Shown here one piece after another: positions 49,091 to 61,161 of a stretch of 64,000 nucleotides of DNA. The notes beneath the pieces are model-generated. The model searched no databases and was not told where the DNA came from. It was given only the letters and a program-made list of their open reading frames with translations. Origin of the DNA: an uncultured Collinsella sp. (GTDB lineage: Bacteria > Actinomycetota > Coriobacteriia > Coriobacteriales > Coriobacteriaceae). Position 1 is the first letter of the stretch. Every line of letters starts with the position of its first letter. The stretch covers positions 458 through 64,457 of the forward strand of contig CAAFEY010000184.1 in assembly GCA_900761995.1 (NCBI GenBank), in the 5' to 3' direction. The position numbers were made by a program, and so were the translations under genes.

Positions 49091-50125
49091 CTACCAGATT
49101 CCCAGCACGTGCTGCATTCCCAAACTCATGCACGCAATGCCAATCCAGCAGCAAAAGCCCAGGGCGATGGGCTTGCCGCCCTTTTTGACCAGCTCGACGA
49201 TATCGGTATTAAAACCAATAGCCGCCATGGCCATCACGATAAAGAACTTCGACAGCTCCTTGATGGGCGCCGTAATGGATGCAGGAAGCTGAAGCACCGT
49301 GGTGATTACGCTCGCCAGCACAAAGAACAGCACGAACATGGGAAACGCGCGTTTAAGCGAGAACGTGCTTTTGGCGTCGCCGCCGGCCTTGCGCGCCAGA
49401 TGCATCTGCCAGCATGCGAGAGCCAACGTAATGGGAATAATGGCCAGCGTCCTGGTGAGCTTGACCACTGTGGCGCTTTCGAGCACATTGGCGCCGGGAT
49501 GCATACTGTCCCAGGCGCTCGCCGCGGCCGTTACCGACGAGGTGTCGTTGATGGCGGTGCCGGCAAACAGGCCAAAGCCCTCGTTGGTCAGCCCGAGCAT
49601 GCCGCCGAGCGTCGGAAACACGAGCGCCGCGATAACGTTAAACAGGAAGATGACCGAAATGGCCTGGGCAATCTCGCGATCGTCGGCATCGATGACGGGC
49701 GCGGTCGCGGCGATGGCAGAACCGCCGCAAATCGACGAACCCACACCCACGAGCGTCGCGATCTTGCCCGGCACGTTCATAACGCGGCAGAGCACGAAGG
49801 CGATGACAAGCGAGGTCGAGATCGTCGCCACGATAATCGGCAGCGACTGAGCGCCTTTGGACAGAATCTGCGAGAGGTTCATGCCAAAGCCAAGCAGGAT
49901 AACCGCGTATTGCAAGACTTTTTTGGACGTATAGGTGACGCCGGCGGCGAGCTGCTCGCGACGATTCTTGGGAAAGACGAGCGCCAGGACCATGCCAAAG
50001 AGGATGGCAAACACCGGCCCGCCGACCACCTCAACCTGTTTGCCGAGCAACGTCGCGGGGATGGCGATGATCAGGCAGAACAAGACGCCCTTCCAGCGCT
50101 CGCGTACGATATTCGCCAGTTGCAT
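49091..50125 (-). CDS. YeiH/UPF0324-family membrane transporter
   Basis: GSSICGGSAIAA, GTAINDTSSV and VKLTRTL. Confidence 0.9.
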   Translation of the reverse strand: MQLANIVRERWKGVLFCLIIAIPATLLGKQVEVVGGPVFAILFGMVLALVFPKNRREQLAAGVTYTSKKVLQYAVILLGFGMNLSQILSKGAQSLPIIVATISTSLVIAFVLCRVMNVPGKIATLVGVGSSICGGSAIAATAPVIDADDREIAQAISVIFLFNVIAALVFPTLGGMLGLTNEGFGLFAGTAINDTSSVTAAASAWDSMHPGANVLESATVVKLTRTLAIIPITLALACWQMHLARKAGGDAKSTFSLKRAFPMFVLFFVLASVITTVLQLPASITAPIKELSKFFIVMAMAAIGFNTDIVELVKKGGKPIALGFCCWIGIACMSLGMQHVLGIW

Positions 50126-50317
50126 ATGAGATTCCTTCTTTCTATTTCACGTTTGCGACGGCTTATGATACGGCAACATTGAGCACAGCCCTGCGCAAAC
50201 ACGACCAAGATGCCGCAATAGTTCTTGGGCGACGGCCGAATTACCCACCGCGGAGAGCTGATTCGCGGCATAATTAACAGCTGATATATGAGTGTGATAG
50301 AACGGTTGTGAGGCACT

Positions 50318-51019
50318 ATGGAAGAATCGATGCACGTCGGCGAGCAGGAAATGAGCCTACAGGATCAGTCCTACCACACCATTCGACGCAAAATCGTCTA
50401 CCTGGACTACAAGCCGGGCGAAAAGCTGGGCGTCAAGCAGCTTTGCGACGACCTGGATATGGGGCGCACCCCTGTGCGCGAGGCGCTGGTGCGTCTGGCG
50501 CAAGAGGGCCTGGTGCGTACCGTGCCCCAAAGCGGCACCTATGTCTCGCCCATCAACCTCACTCTTGCCGAGAGCGCCTGCTACATTCGCGAGCACCTGG
50601 AAAAGCAGGTGATTGTGGAGTGCTGTGCCCGTGCCACCTCGGCAGGCATCGAGCAGCTCGACCGAGCCATCGCGCTGCAGGAAAAAACCATGGCCGAGGA
50701 GGACCGCATCGGCTTCTTTTTAAGCGACAACCTCATGCACCGCATGATCTTTAGCATCGCGTGCCGCAGCACCGTGTGGTCGTGGCTCGAAGAGACCAAT
50801 GCCGACCTGGAGCGCTTCCGCTGGCTGCGCGCCGCCACGCAAACGCTCGACAATCAGGAGATTGTTAACGAGCACAAGCAAATCCGCCGCGCCATCGCCG
50901 GCCGCGACCCCATCGAGGCGAGCTTTTTGGTCAGCAAGCACCTGCATATGATGTTCCGCAACCAGACCGAGGTCCTGGACCAATATCCCAAGTACTTCGA
51001 GACCAGCAAGCTCCGCTAA
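50318..51019 (+). CDS. GntR-family (FCD) transcriptional regulator
   Basis: PGEKL, GRTPVREALVRL..EGLV...PQSGTYV and an FCD domain with EH..I. Confidence 0.92.
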   Translation: MEESMHVGEQEMSLQDQSYHTIRRKIVYLDYKPGEKLGVKQLCDDLDMGRTPVREALVRLAQEGLVRTVPQSGTYVSPINLTLAESACYIREHLEKQVIVECCARATSAGIEQLDRAIALQEKTMAEEDRIGFFLSDNLMHRMIFSIACRSTVWSWLEETNADLERFRWLRAATQTLDNQEIVNEHKQIRRAIAGRDPIEASFLVSKHLHMMFRNQTEVLDQYPKYFETSKLR

Positions 51020-51063
51020 CCTGCCAAAAAGGGACAGGTTTATTTTGGCAGGTTTTATTTGGC
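51019..51063 (+). repeat. GGGACAGG-loop hairpin repeat, family B variant 2
   Basis: ACCTGCCAAAAAGGGACAGGTTTATTTTGGCAGGT. Further copies at 53209-53240 (reverse) and 56413-56452. Confidence 0.8.
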
Positions 51064-51130
51064 CAAACGCGACAAGGCCCGACTCCACTGCAACGGAGCC
51101 GGGCCTTGTTCGCTAGAACGGCGGAACCAA

Positions 51131-52978
<1,848 letters not shown>

Positions 52979-53138
52979 AGGATAAATCCCTTCGTTCGCG
53001 TGACTGCAAGACGTCCACGCACGGGAGGCGCTGAGACGTATAACGTTCGAGTATTGTACTCACGCAAGCGCAAGCTGATATACCAGAAGTGGTATCTCAA
53101 CTTAGATACCACTCGATGCACACACGTCCAGCCGGTCC

Positions 53139-53240
53139 AAACCACCACAATGGGGACAGGCACCTTTGTGGTGGTCGCGCTGGCAACGGCGTTTACGCAG
53201 ATAGAACATGCCAAAATAAACCTGTCCCTAATTGGCAGGT
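53139..53240. repeat. Two family B GGGACAGG hairpins in the glmS/LacI intergenic region
   Basis: 53139-53175 matches 3591-3628. 53209-53240 is the reverse complement of the 51019 and 56413 copies. Confidence 0.8.
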
Positions 53241-53241
53241 T

Positions 53242-53297
53242 TTGACACCCTAGGGGCGGGCGATGCTACAATCTGGCTTGTACTTGAAACGCATCAA
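53242..53297 (+). promoter_or_regulatory. Candidate promoter and LacI-type operator
   Basis: TTGACA (53242-53247), TGcTACAAT (53264-53272) and imperfect palindrome TTGAAACGCATCAA (53284-53297). Confidence 0.55.
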
Positions 53298-53307
53298 AGG
53301 GGCCACT

Positions 53308-54420
53308 ATGGCAAAGGTTAAAATCAGCGACGTCGCGCGCGAGGCCGGGGTTTCGCTGGGCACGGTTTCCAACGCGCTCAACCACCCCGAAAAGCTGCGC
53401 CCCGAGACCCTCAAGCTCATTAACGAAACCATCAATCGCCTGGGCTACCTACCCAACCAAAGCGCTCGTCAGCTCGCGGGCGGCGCCACCAAGTCCTTTG
53501 GCCTAGTGCTCCCCCGTCTCGATCACGGCTTTTCGCTCCAAATCGCCAGCGGCGCACACAACGAGGCCCGCAAGCACGGCTACGACTTGCTCATCGCCAA
53601 CGCCGATAACGACGATATTCTCGAGGACCATTACCTGCGCTACTTTATGGGCACCCAGATGTCCGGCGTCATGGTTCAGCCCATGGCATCCCCCGACTGG
53701 CACCCCGCCATGACCAAGATGCCCGTGCCGATCGTCCATCTGGACATCCATTGCTCCGAGCCCGGCTACTACGTAGCGGCCGACAACGAGGCCCAGGGTC
53801 GCATCATTGCCGAACTTGCCATCGCCCGCGGCGCGCACCATATTGTCGTCGTCGGCCGAGCAGCATTTATGCAACTCACCCTGCGCGTCCTTGGCATTCA
53901 TAAAGCGCTCGCTCTACACCCCGATATCAAGATCGAAGTCATCGACGCCGGCGAATGGAATACCGCTGCCGACGGCTACGGCATCGGTGCTCAAATCGCC
54001 GAGCGCCCCGCGGACGAACGTCCCGATTTTGTCGTCGGTCTGACCGACGTGCTGGCCTCGGGCGTCATCTCGGCGCTGGTCGACAAAGGCATCGCCGTCC
54101 CCGGGCAAGTACGCGTAGCAGGTTGCGATGGCAACCCACTCGCTTGGAGCGGATCGGTCCCGCTCACTACGGTAGCGCCCCCGGGCTACGAGATTGGCCG
54201 CAAGGGCGTTCAATTGCTCATGGAGCAAATCGAGAACAAGGTCCCGACAAAGACCAAGCATATCCACGTCAGCTCTGCCGCGCGCACCGTCACCGCAGTC
54301 ACGGCCATCGAGGACATCAACCGCCAAGAACTCGTGCGGCCGTTCCTGCTGGAACGCGCCAGCACCCAGGCAAGCAGCCAGACCGACGCCACGGCCATCA
54401 ACCTCGGTGCGTATCTATAG
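53308..54420 (+). CDS. LacI-family transcriptional regulator
   Basis: KISDVAREAGVSLGTVSNALN HTH and a periplasmic-binding-fold C-terminus. Confidence 0.93.
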   Translation: MAKVKISDVAREAGVSLGTVSNALNHPEKLRPETLKLINETINRLGYLPNQSARQLAGGATKSFGLVLPRLDHGFSLQIASGAHNEARKHGYDLLIANADNDDILEDHYLRYFMGTQMSGVMVQPMASPDWHPAMTKMPVPIVHLDIHCSEPGYYVAADNEAQGRIIAELAIARGAHHIVVVGRAAFMQLTLRVLGIHKALALHPDIKIEVIDAGEWNTAADGYGIGAQIAERPADERPDFVVGLTDVLASGVISALVDKGIAVPGQVRVAGCDGNPLAWSGSVPLTTVAPPGYEIGRKGVQLLMEQIENKVPTKTKHIHVSSAARTVTAVTAIEDINRQELVRPFLLERASTQASSQTDATAINLGAYL

Positions 54421-54446
54421 CACGCCCGCGAGTATGCTAAGTCGCC

Positions 54447-54494
54447 GCTTAAGCAAAAGGGGCCCGACCATTGCCGGGCCCCTTTTGCTTAAGC
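54447..54494. terminator. Bidirectional terminator
   Basis: GCTTAAGCAAAAGGGGCCCG / CGGGCCCCTTTTGCTTAAGC perfect inverted repeat between convergent genes. Confidence 0.85.
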
Positions 54495-54533
54495 GCAAAC
54501 GTGAGCAATCGCTCGTTTTAACGCCGCAATTTT

Positions 54534-55184
54534 CTAGCGCACAGCCTTGATTGCCGCCGCCAGGTCGAACAACGTATCGAGCACGGCCTCGCAGCCATCA
54601 ACCACGTCCTGCGGCAGCGGCACGATATCGGGGACGGCAAAGACATGGCAGCCGGCCGTAATGCCCGAGACACAACCGTTGCGCGAATCCTCGACCACGG
54701 CACATTCCTCGGGAGCAAAGCCCGCGCGCTCGCAGGCAAGCAGATACATCTCGGGGTCGGGCTTGCCGTGCACGACGTCCTCGCCACACGTTACCGTTTC
54801 AAACTTGTCAAAGAGGCCAACCATCTTAAGGTTGCGCTCGGCCGTAACGAGGCGCGACGACGTCGCTAGACCCACGTGATAGCCCGCAGCCAGCAGCTCG
54901 TCTAGGCACTCGGCGGCGCCGGCCTTAAGTTCCAGTTCGGTCTTGACCATCTCGTCGCGAATCTCCTTGTGGCGACGATAGATCGCCTCGGTGGTTTCGT
55001 GGCTGCCGTAATGCTTATCGAGGATGTCCATGACATCGGGCAGCGTGCGGCCGATAAACTGATGGATCAGTGCTTCATCAATCGCGAGCCCCAGCTCAGC
55101 GGCGCCTGCCTTCCAGGCCTTAATCCCCAAACGCTCGGTATCGACCAGCGTTCCATCCATGTCAAAAATAACAGCCTTGATCAT
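54534..55184 (-). CDS. HAD-family phosphatase (beta-PGM/CbbY-like)
   Basis: FDMDGTLVDTE, LATSS, GKPDP and VEDS..G. Confidence 0.92.
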   Translation of the reverse strand: MIKAVIFDMDGTLVDTERLGIKAWKAGAAELGLAIDEALIHQFIGRTLPDVMDILDKHYGSHETTEAIYRRHKEIRDEMVKTELELKAGAAECLDELLAAGYHVGLATSSRLVTAERNLKMVGLFDKFETVTCGEDVVHGKPDPEMYLLACERAGFAPEECAVVEDSRNGCVSGITAGCHVFAVPDIVPLPQDVVDGCEAVLDTLFDLAAAIKAVR

Positions 55185-55357
55185 ATCGGTCCCCCATCGA
55201 CTCTCGCTGTCACGTTGCTGCAACTCTACCGCATTTGGCAACTTGTATATAACGTATATACCATATTGCACTTTCGTTACACAGATAGAAGTCTTATGGC
55301 AAGTAACGCATTAGGATTATAGTTTTCGATCGAGTACTCAACGATAAGGATCGTTTC

Positions 55358-56236
55358 ATGATTTTAGACACCACGGCACCCGCAGAGGAGCTTCAAGACA
55401 AGCTATCGGCGCTCGAACAGCTGCTTTTGGCATACGGACGCGTGGCTATCGGGTTTTCCGGCGGCGTTGACAGCAGCTTTTTGGCCGCCGTATGCGCCCG
55501 CATCATGCCTACCAATACCCTCCTCGTCCATCTCACCACGCCGCTCATCGGCACGCCCGAGCAGGCTTCGTTTGAGCAGTCTGTTGATGGGCAGGCCAAT
55601 GAGGGGCCGCATTTTAAGCTCCCCGTGCTCAATCTTTCGGTGGATCAGTTGCGGCTCCCCCAAGTAGCCTGCAACGATGCCAATCGCTGCTACCACTGCA
55701 AGCACGCCGGCTTTACCGCCATCGTCAACCACGCCAAGTCGCTCGGCTTTCCCACCGTCATCGATGGCAGCAATGCAAGCGATCGCGGTGACTACCGCCC
55801 CGGCACGCGTGCGGCAGAAGAGCTCGGCGTACGCTCACCCCTTATGGAGGTCGGCTTTACCAAGGACGAAGAGCGCGAGCTGCTGCGCGCATGGGGCTAT
55901 CCCGTTTGGAACCTACCGGCGGGAGCATGTCTTGCCACCCGCGTCCCCACGGGCGAGGAGCTTACGCGCGAGAAAGTCGATTTAATCCGCGCCTGCGAGG
56001 ATTACCTGCACGATCTTGATCTGGCACAGGTACGCGCACGCCTGGTCGGCGGCTGCATGCATATCGAGGCCGCACCCGCAGATGTTGCCAAGATTGCCAC
56101 CCTCGGCGGTGCCGCCGTCGACGACAAGGGCAAGACCCCGCTGCCCGCCATTATCGAGTCCGCGCTGCGCGAGCTGGGCTGCGGCCATATCTCCCCCGAG
56201 GTCACCCCCTACATCCACGGCAACATGAACCTTTAG
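55358..56236 (+). CDS. LarE-like ATP-dependent sulfur transferase (PP-loop)
   Basis: FSGGVDSS, NRCYHCK, DGSNASD..DYRPG and ACLATR. Confidence 0.8.
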   Translation: MILDTTAPAEELQDKLSALEQLLLAYGRVAIGFSGGVDSSFLAAVCARIMPTNTLLVHLTTPLIGTPEQASFEQSVDGQANEGPHFKLPVLNLSVDQLRLPQVACNDANRCYHCKHAGFTAIVNHAKSLGFPTVIDGSNASDRGDYRPGTRAAEELGVRSPLMEVGFTKDEERELLRAWGYPVWNLPAGACLATRVPTGEELTREKVDLIRACEDYLHDLDLAQVRARLVGGCMHIEAAPADVAKIATLGGAAVDDKGKTPLPAIIESALRELGCGHISPEVTPYIHGNMNL

Positions 56237-56543
56237 GTTACGCCGTTTTACAAACGGCGTAACTGCTCGGCGCTGCGCGGGCTCCGGGCACGGCAATCTG
56301 ACGTTCAACTTCACGGGCGCGACCAAAAGGTCAGCGCCCGCTTGTTTCACGTCACCTTACCGCACCCGGAGCCCGCTCGCTCGCATATGCTCAACCTGGA
56401 CTGCGTTAACTGACCTGTCAATAAGGGACAGGTTTATTTTGGCAGGTTTTATCTGGGGAAACGCAAATAGGGCCGTGACACCCATACGGCGTCGCGGCCC
56501 TTTTCCTTGGAGAAGGATCAATTGATTGAACGGGATGACCGTT

Positions 56544-56996
56544 CTAGTCTTCGAGTCCGCTATTGATGAGCTCCGCAATCTCAACGGGATCGGTGCTCGC
56601 GCGCACCTTGTCACGGAAGCCGGCGTCCATCAGCATCACGGCAGCCTTGGAGAGCAGACGCAGGTGCGTAGTTCCGGCCTCGCCGGCGGGCACGTACAGC
56701 GCGAGCGCAACATCGACGGGCACCCCATCGAAGCTCGGCCATTCAACGGGTTCGGTCAGTTTAAGCACGGCAACGCCCGGCGTGTGGATCGCGTCGCTTT
56801 TGGCATGCGGAACGGCAAAACCGGCGACAAGGCCGGTTTCGGCCTCGTTCTCGCGAGCAATGAAGGCGGCCTCTACGGCAGATGCGTCATCGGCAAAGCC
56901 GAGCTCGATGGCCTGCTCGGACAAATAATGCAGGGCGTCCTCGCGCGAGGCGGCGGTATACCCGATTGTCACTTGGTTGGCAGATACAAATCCCAT
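56544..56996 (-). CDS. PTS fructose-family EIIA component
   Basis: ARE...ETGL..GFAVPHAK and HLRLLSK. Confidence 0.9.
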   Translation of the reverse strand: MGFVSANQVTIGYTAASREDALHYLSEQAIELGFADDASAVEAAFIARENEAETGLVAGFAVPHAKSDAIHTPGVAVLKLTEPVEWPSFDGVPVDVALALYVPAGEAGTTHLRLLSKAAVMLMDAGFRDKVRASTDPVEIAELINSGLED

Positions 56997-57007
56997 GGAA
57001 ACCTTCC

Positions 57008-57946
57008 TTACAACACGGACCTGACCGCAGCTTCGATGCCGTCGGCGTCCAAACCGTACTTGTGCAGCAAATCGACCGCAGGGCCGGACTCGCCATACAC
57101 ATCGCGCACGCCGACGCGACGCATCGGCACCGGATGCTGCTCCGCGAGCACCGAGGCCACGGCCTCGCCAAGACCACCGATAATCGAATGCTCCTCGGCA
57201 GTGACCACACGACCAGTCTTCTTGGCGCTGGCAACCACCAGGCGCTCATCAAGCGGCTTGATCGTGTGCATATTGATGACCTCGGCATCGATACCATCGG
57301 CAGCGAGCGCCTCGGCAGCCTCAAGCGCCTCAGCGACCATAAGGCCACAAGCGATGATGGTCACATCGGACCCCTCGCGCACGACCACGCCGCGACCAAT
57401 CTTGAACTCATAGTCCTCGCAGTCGTTGATGACCGGTGTTGCCAGGCGTCCGAAACGCATGTAGACCGGCCCCTCAAACTCATAGGCGGCGCGCACGCAT
57501 GCGCGAGCCTCGATGTCATCGGCGGGAACAATCACCGTCATACCCGGGATCGTGCGCATGAGCGCGATGTCCTCGCAGCACTGATGCGTGGCACCGTCTT
57601 CACCGACCGATATGCCCGCATGCGTGGCACCGATTTTGACGTTGAGGTGCGGATAGCCGATGGAATTACGCACTTGCTCGTACGCGCGGCCGGCAGCGAA
57701 CATGGCAAAGGTGCTCGCAAAGGCGACGTGACCCGTGGTCGCGATGCCGGCGGCAAGACCCATCAGGTTGCTCTCGGCGATGCCGGCGTCGTAGAAGCGC
57801 TCAGGGTGCGCGGCCTTAAACTTACCGGTCTGCGTGGCAGCGGCCAGGTCGGCATCGAGAACCACAAAGTCATCGCGCTCATTGCCCAGCTCGACGAGTG
57901 CCTCGCCATAGCTAACGCGCGTGGCGACTTTTTTGACGTCTGCCAT
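57008..57946 (-). CDS. Transketolase, C-terminal subunit
   Basis: LDADL, GIAESN, GEDGATHQ and TAEEHSIIGGLG. Confidence 0.93.
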   Translation of the reverse strand: MADVKKVATRVSYGEALVELGNERDDFVVLDADLAAATQTGKFKAAHPERFYDAGIAESNLMGLAAGIATTGHVAFASTFAMFAAGRAYEQVRNSIGYPHLNVKIGATHAGISVGEDGATHQCCEDIALMRTIPGMTVIVPADDIEARACVRAAYEFEGPVYMRFGRLATPVINDCEDYEFKIGRGVVVREGSDVTIIACGLMVAEALEAAEALAADGIDAEVINMHTIKPLDERLVVASAKKTGRVVTAEEHSIIGGLGEAVASVLAEQHPVPMRRVGVRDVYGESGPAVDLLHKYGLDADGIEAAVRSVL

Positions 57947-58776
57947 TAGAGCTCCTTCCCTGCTGCTGCGAGCTCGGCCATGGCCTGCTCAAACTGTTCA
58001 TCGTTGGGCGCCTTGCCGTGCCAGCCCACCTGGTTTTCCATAAAGGAGACGCCTTTGCCCTTCACCGTCTCGGCGATAATGGCCACGGGCGAGGCGCTCA
58101 CTTTGCGAGCCTCGGCAAAGGCGGCGGCAATCTGCGCCATGTCGTTACCGTCGGCGAGCTCGATCACATGCCACTTAAAAGCGCGGAACTTGTCGGCAAG
58201 TGGCATAGCCGAGTTAACTTCGTCGATACTGCCGTCAATTTGCAGGCCATTATGATCGACGATAGCGACGAGGTTATCCAGGTCGTGGTTGCCGGCGAAC
58301 ATGGCCGCCTCCCACACCTGGCCCTCCTCGCACTCGCCGTCGCCCAACAGCGTGTAGACGCGGTAGCTGTCACCCCAGTGCTTTGCGGCGAGCGCCATTC
58401 CAACCGCAGCAGAGATGCCCTGACCGAGCGATCCGGTGGACATATCAACACCCGGGGCATCGTTCATGTTGGGATGGCCCTGCAGTCGGCTGCCAATATG
58501 ACGGAGCGTCTCGAGCTCTTCGACGGGAAAATAGCCGCGATTTGCCAACACCGAATACAGGCCCGGCGCCGCGTGACCCTTGGAGAGCACAAAGCGATCG
58601 CGATCGGCCTTGTGAGGGTCGGCAGGATCGATATTCATTTCCTCAAAGTACAGATACGTCATGATGTCGGCAGCACCGAGCGATCCACCCGGGTGTCCCG
58701 ACTTGGCCGCGTGAACCGCAGTCACGACACCCTTCCTGACCTCATTGGCGACCTTCGCCAGCTCCTGGTTGGTCAT
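57946..58776 (-). CDS. Transketolase, N-terminal (ThDP-binding) subunit
   Basis: SGHPGGS, DRFVLSKGH, TGSLGQG and GDGE.EEGQVWEA. Confidence 0.93.
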   Translation of the reverse strand: MTNQELAKVANEVRKGVVTAVHAAKSGHPGGSLGAADIMTYLYFEEMNIDPADPHKADRDRFVLSKGHAAPGLYSVLANRGYFPVEELETLRHIGSRLQGHPNMNDAPGVDMSTGSLGQGISAAVGMALAAKHWGDSYRVYTLLGDGECEEGQVWEAAMFAGNHDLDNLVAIVDHNGLQIDGSIDEVNSAMPLADKFRAFKWHVIELADGNDMAQIAAAFAEARKVSASPVAIIAETVKGKGVSFMENQVGWHGKAPNDEQFEQAMAELAAAGKEL

Positions 58777-58839
58777 ACGAATTCCTCTCTTGAGAACAAC
58801 CCCGGCACCGGATGACGCGATGCCGGGGCAATCCACTCG

Positions 58840-59523
58840 TTAAGCCTGAGCGACGACCTTTTTCCAGTCAGCCTCGAACGAGGCAAGGCCCTGGTCGGTC
58901 AGCGGGTGATGCAGGCATTTCTTAAGAGCGGCCATGGGGACGGTCGCGATATCGGCACCGAGCAGCGCCGCCTGGGTCACGTGATTGGGCGTGCGGACAG
59001 ATGCGGTGATGATCTCGACGGTGTCGTCGACGTTCTTGCCAGTCCAGTCATAGTTCTTGATGCAGGTCACAACGTTGTCGAGCTGCGAGATACCGTCCTC
59101 GGCGATGTCGTCGAAGCGTCCCACAAACGGGCTGATGTAGCGGGCACCGGCGTTGGCGGCCATGAGGGCCTGCGTCGGCGAGAAGACAAGCGTCATGTTG
59201 ACGCGCACGCCTGCATCGGCCAGCGCGCGGCAGGCGGCGAGGCCGGCCTCGCACACGGGAAGCTTAACCACGATGTTGGGAGCCAGAGCGGCAAGGCGCT
59301 TGCCCTCCTCGATCATGCCCTCGGCAGTGGTCGCGGTGGACTCGGCGGACACGGGCAGGCCCTCGCAAAGCTCGGCGATCTTGAGCATGTGGGGTTCAAA
59401 GTCTGCAAGCTTGCCGCCGGTCTTGGCGTACAGGGACGGGTTGGTGGTTACGCCGGCAAGGCAGCCCCAGCTCTTGGCCTCGGCGATCTCGTCAAGGTTG
59501 GCGGTATCGATAAAGAACTTCAT
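58840..59523 (-). CDS. Transaldolase / fructose-6-phosphate aldolase family
   Basis: FFIDTAN, GVTTNPSL, NIVVKLP, YISPFVGR and HPLTDQG. Confidence 0.92.
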   Translation of the reverse strand: MKFFIDTANLDEIAEAKSWGCLAGVTTNPSLYAKTGGKLADFEPHMLKIAELCEGLPVSAESTATTAEGMIEEGKRLAALAPNIVVKLPVCEAGLAACRALADAGVRVNMTLVFSPTQALMAANAGARYISPFVGRFDDIAEDGISQLDNVVTCIKNYDWTGKNVDDTVEIITASVRTPNHVTQAALLGADIATVPMAALKKCLHHPLTDQGLASFEADWKKVVAQA

Positions 59524-59742
59524 GGTGCAAACTCCTTCAAATGAATTGCTAGTAATCCTAAGGACAGCGGCCCAATCGTCGGTCAGTCCAACGTCAGCGA
59601 GCGGGCAGCTGCCGTGGCAAGGTGGTGCGAAAGAGGAGCGAAGCGTACTTTGGTACGCGAGCGACGGCTTGAGCGCCAGATTGCCCGGCAGATGCCCGCG
59701 CAGCGTCGACCGGTCCGGCGTTTGTCAAAACGCCGGAACTAC

Positions 59743-61017
59743 CTAGTCCTCGAGAGCCTTCTCGATGCGGCTCGTGACGCCCTTGAGGTTAAGACCGACG
59801 ACGTACTGCTTGATCGGGCGCTTGATGTGCTCAATCACAAAGCGCTTGCCGTCGATGTCCTGGGCAGCGAGGTTGCGATAGAGCTTCTCGACCTGCTCCT
59901 TGACCTCGGGATCGTTAAAGGCGTAGTGGCCGGAGACATCCAGAATCTTCAGGCTGAGCTCGTCGTCGGCCAGAATGTCGTCAACCTGCAGGTTAACGTC
60001 GTCGCCGGTCATCCACTTGCGCCAACGCTCGGTCTTGATAGCCTTGACCAGCAGCGTGTGATACAGGTCGGAGGGATCGTCGCACAGGCCGTTGTCGACC
60101 AGAATCTGCTCGGTAGCGCAGAGCTTGAGGTAGGCGCGGGTCTCCTCGGTGCCGTACTGAGGGGCGACATTGGAGGCCGTCACGTGAGCCGGGATGTGCT
60201 CGAGCAGCGTTGCGTCATCCAGATAGTCGGCGTTGTGCTCCTTCAGGCCCACGCCGTAGCGTTTTGCCATGTCGGCGAGCTCGCGGGCGTTCTTAAAGTT
60301 GTAATGGCCGACCTGCTCGGTCCAACGGGTAAGCGTGCCGGTCTGACCGACGATAAAGGTGGGCATGGGGCAGCCGCGCTTCTCGAGCTCGGGCTGCAGC
60401 TGAGAAATGAACTCCTCGTACTTATCGGTAGAGGTCAAGCCGCCATTGGTCTCCTCGGTACCGACCTCATAGGCGACCTCGGGCAGGTTATGCTCGCGAC
60501 GATACTGCTCAAGGTAGTCGATAAGATCGATCGTGCGGCGAAGAACCACGTCGAGCGGAATAACCTTGCCGATCTGATAGGGGTCCTTGGTGGGGTCGAC
60601 CATCAGCAGGTCAAAGCCTGCCTCCATGTCGGCAACGAAGGACTTGCGGGCGAGCTCCATGGCCTCGTCCTCGGGCAGGTGGGCGTTACGCTCCTCGTCG
60701 CGCTGCCACGGACCGCCGTGATCGCGGCACAGGTAGTACGGGCCGGTGTAACCCACCTCGTCGGCAACCTTCTTGATGTCGGCGGCAAAGCGCGTCTGGT
60801 CCCAACCGTTGACGTAGCCGGCACCCATCTCGTCCATATCGACCTGGTTGCGGCTGGCGATAAACATGGGCGGGAAATCCTCGTCCTTGGCAAGCTCGAA
60901 CACGGCCTGAATCAGGTTGGGGCTCATGGGGCCAATGCCGACCATGGTTGCGTGATCGCCGCTATCCTGCAGCTTGAGCATGCCCTGAACGGCCTGGCGG
61001 ATGGTGAGGTTGGACAT
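59743..61017 (-). CDS. GatZ/KbaZ-family protein (putative ketose-phosphate 4-epimerase)
   Basis: ASRNQVD, RDHGGP, YEVGTEE and EHNADY motifs. Confidence 0.82.
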   Translation of the reverse strand: MSNLTIRQAVQGMLKLQDSGDHATMVGIGPMSPNLIQAVFELAKDEDFPPMFIASRNQVDMDEMGAGYVNGWDQTRFAADIKKVADEVGYTGPYYLCRDHGGPWQRDEERNAHLPEDEAMELARKSFVADMEAGFDLLMVDPTKDPYQIGKVIPLDVVLRRTIDLIDYLEQYRREHNLPEVAYEVGTEETNGGLTSTDKYEEFISQLQPELEKRGCPMPTFIVGQTGTLTRWTEQVGHYNFKNARELADMAKRYGVGLKEHNADYLDDATLLEHIPAHVTASNVAPQYGTEETRAYLKLCATEQILVDNGLCDDPSDLYHTLLVKAIKTERWRKWMTGDDVNLQVDDILADDELSLKILDVSGHYAFNDPEVKEQVEKLYRNLAAQDIDGKRFVIEHIKRPIKQYVVGLNLKGVTSRIEKALED

Positions 61018-61161
61018 TTTGTTCTCCTTCTCCAGAGGATTTTTGACAAAAGTTCCCTGGGACCCAGATGTGGGCCCTATCAGTACGGATGGATTTTGTT
61101 GTGTAGGGGCGGTTGTGCGGAGTCAAATCCATCCCTCCGCACAACCGGAGTCCTTAAAGGT

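Noticed and set aside
52979..53100. Possible glmS ribozyme (AGCGCC present on the coding strand)
   Set aside because: The downstream conserved core (GACGAGG and associated stems) is absent and the leader is too short.
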